Assembly (NCBI GenBank): GCA_001818495.1
Contig: MHKS01000005.1
Span: forward strand, 402,584-466,583
Length of the DNA stretch: 64,000 bases
DNA from: Candidatus Komeilibacteria bacterium RIFOXYD1_FULL_37_29
GTDB taxonomy: Bacteria > Patescibacteriota > Patescibacteriia > UBA1558 > GWA2-36-10
Direction of reading: 5' to 3'
Below, piece by piece: positions 57,639 to 64,000 of this stretch. The notes under the pieces were generated by a model. The model saw only the letters and a program-made list of their open reading frames with translations. It did no database searches and was not told the origin of the DNA. The first letter of the stretch is position 1. Every line of letters begins with the position of its first letter. The position numbers and the translations under genes were made by a program.

Positions 57639-58430
57639 ATGATAACCTTTGCTTGCTTTGTCCCCCATTCTCCCATTTTGATTCCCGAGGTGGGCAAAGA
57701 AAATCTAGACAAATTAAAAGATACAGTTAAAGCCTACAAGAATTTGGAAGAAGATTTGTATTCGGCCAAACCAGATATTATAATTATTATTTCTCCTCAT
57801 GCCAATAGTCAGGCTGGGCAGTTTTTTACCATAAATCAAAGTCCTTATTTTAATTTAAATTTTAAAAAATTTGGTGATTTGGTAACCAAAGTGCAACTAG
57901 TAAATGAAATTGGTTTTGGCTATAAAATAAAAGAATCTTGTGAAGATTTTTTTCCTATTATACTAACCGCTGATCAAGAATTGGATTATGGTAGTGGTGT
58001 GCCTTTGTTTTATTTGACCGAGCATTTGCGTCAGACCAAAATAGTTAGTATTGGTTATGCGGATTTATCTTATTCTGATCATGTAAAATTTGGACAACTT
58101 ATCCGTAAACAAATAAATTTATCTGGTCAACGAGTGGCTATTATTGCTTCGGGAGATTTGTCACACAAATTACACAAAGATTCTCCAGCCGGTTATTCAG
58201 ATCGGGCTCAGGAGTTTGATCAGACAATTATGAAATTAATTCAAGAAAAAGATATTGATAAAATTTTGGATCTTGATCAAGAGCTAATCAAAGAGTCTGG
58301 TGCTTGCGGACTGCGTTCTCTTTTGATACTACTAGGCATTATTAAGGAACTAAATTATCAGCCGGTGCAACTTAGCTATCAATCGCCTTTTGGCATCGGA
58401 TATCTAGTAGAGAACTTTGAGGTTAAATAA
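57639..58430 (+). CDS. Class III extradiol dioxygenase-fold protein (LigB / YgiD-DOPA-dioxygenase-like)
   Basis: ITFACFVPHSPILIPE, IIIIISPHAN, IIASGDLSHKL; the metal-His positions match the YgiD/LigB layout. Confidence 0.6.
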   Translation: MITFACFVPHSPILIPEVGKENLDKLKDTVKAYKNLEEDLYSAKPDIIIIISPHANSQAGQFFTINQSPYFNLNFKKFGDLVTKVQLVNEIGFGYKIKESCEDFFPIILTADQELDYGSGVPLFYLTEHLRQTKIVSIGYADLSYSDHVKFGQLIRKQINLSGQRVAIIASGDLSHKLHKDSPAGYSDRAQEFDQTIMKLIQEKDIDKILDLDQELIKESGACGLRSLLILLGIIKELNYQPVQLSYQSPFGIGYLVENFEVK

Positions 58431-58441
58431 TCCTATATTTT

Positions 58442-58470
58442 AAAAGCCCCTGTTAGGGGCTTTTTTTGTT
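58442..58470. terminator. Bidirectional terminator (agcccct-gtt-aggggct plus T-run)
   Basis: Seen directly. Confidence 0.6.
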
Positions 58471-58713
58471 TTTAGATATTAATTTAAAAAAGTAACGCCA
58501 TTGGCCCAGCCCGTGTGATAATTCTTTGGTATCATCTAGGCATTTTTCTATAACATTTCGGTCATAATCTTTACAAACTTTAAAGACGGAATTTCTTTTA
58601 GAATAAGGCACTTTTAATTCTGCTATAATATGTAAAGCTAAATCTTGCCACTTATAAGTCGGGGCCTTGGGGGCGTCTTTTTTACTTTTAAATATATCAG
58701 CTATTTGTTGCAT
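58453..58713 (-). CDS. Hypothetical small protein
   Basis: 86 aa ORF with coding-like composition between terminator and promoter; no family recognised. Confidence 0.3.
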   Translation of the reverse strand: MQQIADIFKSKKDAPKAPTYKWQDLALHIIAELKVPYSKRNSVFKVCKDYDRNVIEKCLDDTKELSHGLGQWRYFFKLISKNKKSP

Positions 58714-58851
58714 AGCTATAGTTTAACAAAAAAGACACGTTTAGTCATCAGGACAAATCATTGACAAAAGGCCTTAAATATAATAGATTTACTGGTCTAT
58801 TGATCACCATTAGTCAATAATTGTACAACCATTTCAGAGAGGAGATGTTAT

Positions 58852-59130
58852 ATGCTGGAAAGAAAGCTTCTAGTGCCGGCCAATGTTTTGCAGCTTAAGA
58901 TTAAGCTACCTAATTGCGATGGAGTGCCGGCTACTGGCCCTAAGTGGGTGGAACTCACAGAGGGTTGGGAAAAGGAATTTCCTGCTATTGCTGGCGGGCC
59001 GCTTACGGTTAAAGTAATCAAGGTTGGCCCTTATCGTAAGAAAGACGGGGCCAGAAAATGGATCATCATCCAGTTTGATGGGCCTACCACCAAAGAGGTG
59101 GCCCAAGAAGCGGTTTTAGTCTGTTCCTGA
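58852..59130 (+). CDS. Hypothetical small protein encoded in a GC-rich islet
   Basis: 92 aa; GC-richer than the flanks; RBS gagagg precedes the ATG; a promoter-like TTGACA-N17-TAGATT lies about 80 nt upstream. Confidence 0.4.
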   Translation: MLERKLLVPANVLQLKIKLPNCDGVPATGPKWVELTEGWEKEFPAIAGGPLTVKVIKVGPYRKKDGARKWIIIQFDGPTTKEVAQEAVLVCS

Positions 59131-59211
59131 GATTATCAGTAAACGGACGGTCAGTGTATAAGGGGTGTTAATCATTGTTGATTAATGCCCCTTAATTTGT
59201 ATTATTTAGTA

Positions 59212-59240
59212 TTGACAAAATAATACAAATATAGTATATT
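59212..59240 (+). promoter_or_regulatory. Sigma70-type promoter of def-fmt (TTGACA-N17-TATATT)
   Basis: Seen directly. Confidence 0.45.
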
Positions 59241-59246
59241 ATTTTT

Positions 59247-59747
59247 ATGCTTAAAATTGCTAAATATCCAGATCCAATATTAAGAAAAACCGCTAAATCA
59301 ATTAGCGATTTTAATGATTATTTGAAAAAATTAGCTGCTGATATGGCCGAGGCTATGTACCATGATGATGGCATTGGTTTGGCGGCACCGCAGATTAGCC
59401 AGAGTCTTAGACTAGTAGTATTAGGTTTGGGCAAGGGACAATATAAGAGCTATGTTAATCCGGAGATAACTTTTTTTTCCAAAGAAAAAATATCTAGCGA
59501 CGAGGGTTGTTTGTCTTTGCCTAAAATATTTGGCACAGTTACTCGAGCAAAAAAAATACATATTAAGTATCATGATGTAGATGGTCAGATCAAGAAGGAA
59601 AAAATAAAAGGCCTAGGAGCCATTGTTTTACAGCACGAGGTTGATCATTTGAATGGAATTTTGTTTATTGATCGCGCTGAAAAAATTACAGAAGGACAGG
59701 CTATTTTAGACTCTCTAAAGAAAAAACTGAATGAGCAAATTAAATAA
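59247..59747 (+). CDS. def: Peptide deformylase
   Basis: GIGLAAPQI, EGCLS, QHEVDHLNG. Confidence 0.9.
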   Translation: MLKIAKYPDPILRKTAKSISDFNDYLKKLAADMAEAMYHDDGIGLAAPQISQSLRLVVLGLGKGQYKSYVNPEITFFSKEKISSDEGCLSLPKIFGTVTRAKKIHIKYHDVDGQIKKEKIKGLGAIVLQHEVDHLNGILFIDRAEKITEGQAILDSLKKKLNEQIK

Positions 59748-60675
59748 ACAAATTATATTTTGGGGTACGCCACAATTTGCCATACCTTCTTTAGACTCTT
59801 TGTATAAATTAGGTATACTGGCAGCCGTGGTCACTCAACCCAACAGACCAGCTGGTCGAGGCAAAAAAATATTAGCTAGTCCAGTAAAATCTTATGCTTT
59901 AGAAAATGATATTACTATTTTAGAACCAGACTCATTGGATACTAATTTTGAAGTAGCTATAAAAAAATATTTACCAGCTACTTTTGTCATAGTGGCTTAT
60001 GGAAAAATTATTCCCCAAAGAATATTGGATTTATCAGAGCTTCCAGCTATAAATATTCACCCGTCTTTACTGCCAGTATTACGCGGACCATCACCAATAC
60101 AAACAGCTGTTTTAAGCAGTTTCAAGTCCACGGGGGTATCACTTATGCAATTGGACAAAAAGATGGACCACGGGCCAATTTTGAGCCAAATAAAGGCTAA
60201 AATAGGCTCTGAAGAGGATTATCTGGGGCTGTCTGAACGTTTGTCACAGCTAGGGGCTGATCTTTTGGCTCAAAACATCGGCGCTTATTTGAGTGGTCAG
60301 CTTACTCCTCTAGCCCAAGATGATAGCCAAGCTACTTATTGTCACCTGATCAAAAAAGAAGACGGACAAATTGATTTTAAAAAAACTGCTCAGCAAATTC
60401 ATAATCAAGTCAGAGCTTATAATAAATGGCCAGGCGCCCAAGCTACTTTGGACGATTTAGAATTAAAGATTTTAGAAACAAAAATAAGTAAGATAGATTT
60501 AAAACCCGGACAAAGCAGTTTTGATCAAAAAAATATTTTTGTCGGCACGTCCTTGGGTAGTATTCAGATATTAAAACTGCAACCGGCTGGTAAAAAAATT
60601 ATGTTAGCGGAAGAATTTATCAGAGGCTATCAGAAATATTTAAATAAAAACTTTATACTAAAAACACTCTCTTAA
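59731..60675 (+). CDS. fmt: Methionyl-tRNA formyltransferase
   Basis: IIFWGTPQFAIPSL..., HPSLLP; C-terminal Fmt domain; located downstream of def. Confidence 0.8.
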   Translation: MSKLNKQIIFWGTPQFAIPSLDSLYKLGILAAVVTQPNRPAGRGKKILASPVKSYALENDITILEPDSLDTNFEVAIKKYLPATFVIVAYGKIIPQRILDLSELPAINIHPSLLPVLRGPSPIQTAVLSSFKSTGVSLMQLDKKMDHGPILSQIKAKIGSEEDYLGLSERLSQLGADLLAQNIGAYLSGQLTPLAQDDSQATYCHLIKKEDGQIDFKKTAQQIHNQVRAYNKWPGAQATLDDLELKILETKISKIDLKPGQSSFDQKNIFVGTSLGSIQILKLQPAGKKIMLAEEFIRGYQKYLNKNFILKTLS

Positions 60676-60708
60676 GGAGTGTTTTTTAAATATAAATTTT
60701 AAGTTTAA

Positions 60709-62226
60709 TTAGACTTTCTTTTTTTCAGTAACCCAAAATCCCAAATATTTTCCAAGCATGAGTCTGGTTTGAGCATCAATAGCTGGGATAGAACCAAAAA
60801 GTATCATAGTAATGGGGAAAATAATCCATTGTAAGAGCATCATCAAGTATTTAAAAGGCAAAGTAAACACGGTCTTTCGGCGATTTAATGGTAATGGTGG
60901 CAATATGATGACACTCATAAAAGCAATCATGACCATACCGACCATACCCAAACGCATTAAATTTTCTAGCATCAAAGGAGTGTTTTGGGTCAGGACAGTG
61001 GTCATGTTTTGTTTTTCCGCTATCCATAGTGGCAAATAACCCATGAAAAATATAATAATTGGGGCTGTGGCCCAGGTATAGACTCCTTCGGTTTGATTCC
61101 AAACATAAATCCATTTTCTGGACAGGGGTATTTTTTTATTGCGAGAAAATCTCCAAACCATGTAAGGAAAATGTTCTACGCCATAAGCCCAGCGACGCAT
61201 TTGTTTATATTGGCTAATTAAACTGCGATGAATATTACCAACATGCACAGTATTCATAGAAACGGGAATATGCATCGGCACAACTTCATAATCTCCGTCA
61301 TAGTGTATCAAACATTGTAAAAATATTCTGGAATCTTCAGTCACAATATTATTTTGCCAAAAACCAATCTCTGTCAGTGCTTGCCAACTCATCGAGTGAG
61401 AGGAAAAAGTAAATAATCTTTCTGGACGAGCCAAATCAGTCAAGAGCCAAAAAGTAGTGGAGTTGGCTACTAGACGGGTGATAATATCTGATTCCCAGAC
61501 ATTATTGTGATAGAAAGCCATTGGCTGGAATGAGGCATGATAGGGATTTTTGTGGGATATAAATTTATGAGTTAAATAGGCAAAATAATCTGGATGAGAA
61601 ATAGTATCTATATCAAAGGTAGAGACAATTATTTTTTTATAATCAAAATTTTGAGAATCAACATATTTTTTAACCTCATAGCCAGCATGATAGAGATTTG
61701 ATCCCTTGCCTGCCAATTCCCCCTTTAGGTTGCTTGGGTGTAAGGTGACTATCACTTTGTGGAATATATTGGCGTATTTATTTTCTATTTGTTTAGCCAC
61801 GCTGTAAAATTGTTCACGAAAACGTTCTTCGCCAGCTAAGACCACAATCATTTTTTGCTTGTTGTATTTGGTTTTGTAAGCCAAATTATCAAAAGTGCCA
61901 TCTACTACTTCAAAAGGTTCTCCGGCGGTTGGTAAAAATATAATATGATAATATTCTTCCCATTTTTTGCCATAGGTATTTTGTAAAAAATTCCACCAAT
62001 CCACTCTATTAGCCTGACGATATTTAGACCAGGAAATTATTAAAAATATCATCATATAAAGAATACGCAAGACAAAATAAACATCAAAAATTATGATAAA
62101 GTATATGCCATGGAGTGGCGATATGATAGATAATAAAATGGCGAAAATAAAAGTAAACCAAATAGATAGGCCGGGTAGTATTTCTAAAAATCTATACTTA
62201 TAATAATTTTTTTGTTGTTTATTCAT
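60709..62226 (-). CDS. Processive GT2-family membrane synthase (cellulose/chitin/PNAG-synthase-like)
   Basis: TED motif (TEDSR) and Q-x-x-R-W motif (QMRRWAYG); TM helices at both ends. Confidence 0.55.
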   Translation of the reverse strand: MNKQQKNYYKYRFLEILPGLSIWFTFIFAILLSIISPLHGIYFIIIFDVYFVLRILYMMIFLIISWSKYRQANRVDWWNFLQNTYGKKWEEYYHIIFLPTAGEPFEVVDGTFDNLAYKTKYNKQKMIVVLAGEERFREQFYSVAKQIENKYANIFHKVIVTLHPSNLKGELAGKGSNLYHAGYEVKKYVDSQNFDYKKIIVSTFDIDTISHPDYFAYLTHKFISHKNPYHASFQPMAFYHNNVWESDIITRLVANSTTFWLLTDLARPERLFTFSSHSMSWQALTEIGFWQNNIVTEDSRIFLQCLIHYDGDYEVVPMHIPVSMNTVHVGNIHRSLISQYKQMRRWAYGVEHFPYMVWRFSRNKKIPLSRKWIYVWNQTEGVYTWATAPIIIFFMGYLPLWIAEKQNMTTVLTQNTPLMLENLMRLGMVGMVMIAFMSVIILPPLPLNRRKTVFTLPFKYLMMLLQWIIFPITMILFGSIPAIDAQTRLMLGKYLGFWVTEKKKV

Positions 62227-63304
62227 AAAGATGATAGTCTCCGCTTTCTAGGCCAACAGCTTCAGAAATATGTTTGAAATTGTCATTGGCCAAAAGATTT
62301 TCCAATTGTCTATTGATTATATTGATAGTCATCGGGCCATTGTAGATGAGTCCGGTGATCAGTTGGACTAAATTGGCGCCGGCTTTGATTTTTTTATAGG
62401 CATCGTAGCCGGAAAAAATTCCGCCTGTGCCAATGATTTTATATTGACCTTCGCTGTTTTGATAAAGATAAGCTATTATTTTATCTACTCTATCTCTTAT
62501 TTTCTCTCCAGAGATTCCACCGGGTTTATCTCGGTGGAGTGATTTTAAGTCTAAAGATCCCCTATCTTTAGCCAAGTTGCAGGCTATGATAGCGTCAATA
62601 TGGTATTTTTTACTTAAATAAATAATATCATCTAGCTCTGCTTTGGACAAATCTTGCCCAATTTTTAGCCAAATAGGTTTTTGTTGTTTATTGATTGATT
62701 GTACTCTTTCTAAAATTGGTTCTAATAATTTTTTTGATTGTAAACCAGTAAAATTGTCTACATTGGGACAACTGAGATTGATAGTAATTATATCAGCGTA
62801 TGGAGACACTACTTCAAAAGTAGCTTGATAATCATCGGCGGCTTGCTCGAGCGCTATGTCATTACTTTTGGCAATGCTGGCTGATATCAAACCAGTTTTT
62901 TTCTTGAGTTGTTCCACTATTTTATGAGCGCCTTGATTATATAAACCATAATAGACTACTAAGCCTTTATCTTGCGGTAATCTCCACAAGCGCGGTTTTT
63001 TATTACCACTTTGAGCTTGATAAGTAATAGACCCAATCTCTGCCCAAGCAAAGCCCATGGCTGACCAGGTATTGATAGCTTGGCCATTTTTGTCCAATCC
63101 AGCGGCTAGGCCAATCGGGTTTTTAAAATTTAAGCCACAGAGTCTTTGACGCAAACGCGGCGAAGTATAATTTAATTTGGCTTTTAATAAAACGTTTAAT
63201 AATTTATATTTGCTAAAAAAAGATAAACCCCAGATAGTAAAATTGTGAATTTTCTCTGGGTCAATAAGAAATAGAATTGGTCGGATTACTCTTTGGTAAA
63301 ACAT
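62219..63304 (-). CDS. pyrD: Dihydroorotate dehydrogenase (class 2, quinone)
   Basis: GLNFKNPIGLAAGLDKNG...MGFAWAEIGSIT...KPRLWRL. Confidence 0.75.
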   Translation of the reverse strand: MFYQRVIRPILFLIDPEKIHNFTIWGLSFFSKYKLLNVLLKAKLNYTSPRLRQRLCGLNFKNPIGLAAGLDKNGQAINTWSAMGFAWAEIGSITYQAQSGNKKPRLWRLPQDKGLVVYYGLYNQGAHKIVEQLKKKTGLISASIAKSNDIALEQAADDYQATFEVVSPYADIITINLSCPNVDNFTGLQSKKLLEPILERVQSINKQQKPIWLKIGQDLSKAELDDIIYLSKKYHIDAIIACNLAKDRGSLDLKSLHRDKPGGISGEKIRDRVDKIIAYLYQNSEGQYKIIGTGGIFSGYDAYKKIKAGANLVQLITGLIYNGPMTINIINRQLENLLANDNFKHISEAVGLESGDYHLYE

Positions 63305-63306
63305 TT

Positions 63307-63579
63307 TTATTTGAGTATATTAGTCAATTGTTTTTTTGATTCTTTTAAAATTTCTTTATATATTTTTTGGATAAATGTTTTATTTAAATTTTTTGACTGA
63401 GCAAAAGTTAAAACATTTTTAATTATTTGTTTTTCTCTTTGACGGTCGTAGATTTTATTTGGGTTTTTAAACCTAGCTATTTTTTTGCTTAGCTTAAATC
63501 TCAGTGCCAGAGCATCAATGATTTTTTGATCAGCTCTATCAATCTCTTTTCGAATTTTTTCTAGGTTATTTTTTATCAT
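63307..63579 (-). CDS. Chorismate mutase (AroQ class, about 90 aa)
   Basis: LEKIRKEIDRADQKIIDALALRFKLSKKIARFK helix-1 pattern. Confidence 0.45.
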   Translation of the reverse strand: MIKNNLEKIRKEIDRADQKIIDALALRFKLSKKIARFKNPNKIYDRQREKQIIKNVLTFAQSKNLNKTFIQKIYKEILKESKKQLTNILK

Positions 63580-63658
63580 AAATTTAGCTATACTTTAGCA
63601 AAAAAGGCCTATTTTTTCAAGTTTTAATTTATAGGTTATTATAATCTTTTTAATTAAA

Positions 63659-63674
63659 TAGCTAATATTAGCTA
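63659..63674. promoter_or_regulatory. Second copy of the 16-bp palindrome TAGCTAATATTAGCTA
   Basis: Identical to 51492..51507; followed by the same TTTTTGTT...TTGACA arrangement. Confidence 0.45.
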
Positions 63675-63701
63675 GATTTTTTGTTATAAACTTGTTTAAT
63701 A

Positions 63702-63730
63702 TTGACAAAAGACTAAATATAGTGTATAAT
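63702..63730 (+). promoter_or_regulatory. Consensus sigma70 promoter TTGACA-N17-TATAAT driving the GC-rich secreted-protein gene
   Basis: Seen directly. Confidence 0.5.
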
Positions 63731-63835
63731 AATAAATTAAATAGAATTAATCTATTTGTACCATACAACTTAAGAAAACAAGATCTAATAAACAGTTTTC
63801 TCACTTCACAACTATTTTTTCAGGAAGGGTGTACA

Positions 63836-64000
63836 ATGCGCAAAATGAAAACCTCTCTTATGGTGATGGCTCTTGTAGCTGTCCTCTGCTCTCTGTCTCT
63901 GGCTGCTCCGGTCACTGATTCGGTCCAGATCACCGGTGTCAATGGCGCCAAGGTCTATGTCTTGGTTACCCAGAATGTTATTGACAGCTTGCGACAGGCT
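63836..64000 (+). CDS. Signal-peptide protein encoded in a GC-rich islet, 3'-partial at the window edge
   Basis: MRKMKTSLMVMALVAVLCSLSLAAPV...; RBS aggaagg; abrupt rise in GC. Confidence 0.4.
   Translation, partial: MRKMKTSLMVMALVAVLCSLSLAAPVTDSVQITGVNGAKVYVLVTQNVIDSLRQA

Noticed and set aside
63595-63804. 69-aa - strand ORF in the intergenic region upstream of the GC-rich secreted-protein gene
   Set aside because: Overlaps the palindrome/promoter module; AT-rich low-complexity translation.
1-64000. Possibility of an alternative genetic code (UGA recoding, as in some CPR lineages)
   Set aside because: Long, contiguous, family-consistent ORFs are obtained under the standard code, with TGA used as a stop in several genes.
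1-64000. CRISPR arrays, rRNA/tRNA genes, transposases/IS elements
   Set aside because: No direct-repeat/spacer periodicity, no tRNA-like T-arm/acceptor patterns in the few intergenic regions, and no DDE-transposase-like ORF were seen. The only recombinase is an XerC/D-type housekeeping-like gene.

Overview
This is a 64 kb window from a gene-dense, low-GC (about one-third GC by eye) bacterial genome, and nearly all genes are on the + strand. The content is consistent with a streamlined CPR/Patescibacteria-like organism; that placement is inference. The supporting observations are very many glycosyltransferases, an rpoA without the alpha-CTD, short intergenic spacers, and a standard genetic code (long ORFs read through with TGA as stop).

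In order along the window:
- a partial GH5-like glycosidase at the 5' end;
- a secreted S8 protease with FG-GAP repeats;
- surface-glycan cluster I (GT2/GT4 transferases, UDP-sugar epimerase/decarboxylase, a GT-C-like membrane protein);
- a HIT protein, then rmlB ... rmlD-like, rmlA, interrupted by an unusual tandem array described below;
- the dcw cell-wall block mraY-murD-ftsW-murG-murC-(alpha/beta hydrolase)-murB;
- the ribosomal block infA-rpmJ-rpsM-rpsK-rpsD-rpoA-rplQ-rplM-rpsI;
- glycan cluster II (Wzx-like flippase, GT4/GT2 transferases, a Wzy/O-antigen-ligase-like protein);
- lysS, rdgB, a cyclophilin, serS, alr, an ftsQ-like gene, xerC/D;
- a roughly 500-nt non-coding region with a candidate sRNA;
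- on the - strand: an M23 peptidase, gltX, a GT26 transferase, a LigT 2H-phosphoesterase;
- then a secreted protein, a LigB-type dioxygenase, def, fmt;
- on the - strand: a processive GT2 synthase, pyrD and a chorismate mutase.

The most unusual locus lies at about 13.0-24.3 kb. It holds five paralogous proteins. Each has a divergent roughly 230-500 aa N-terminal region fused to a conserved C-terminal PEP-utilizing phospho-histidine 'swivel' domain (signature TDEGG..HAAI.AREL..P). One of the five carries an N-terminal winged-helix DNA-binding domain. A single stand-alone PEP-synthase/PPDK N-terminal ATP-binding domain protein is also present. Three histidine-phosphatase-superfamily (SixA/PGAM-like) genes surround them, and two of these sit in short islets with markedly higher GC than the rest of the window. 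The architecture looks like a split rifampin-phosphotransferase/PEP-synthase-type phospho-His kinase system with diversified substrate or target modules. It is not a described system I can recognise.

A few other short GC-rich islets carry their own AT-rich promoters, and a duplicated promoter module with a perfect 16-bp palindrome is also notable. No rRNA, tRNA, CRISPR array or obvious transposase was recognised.
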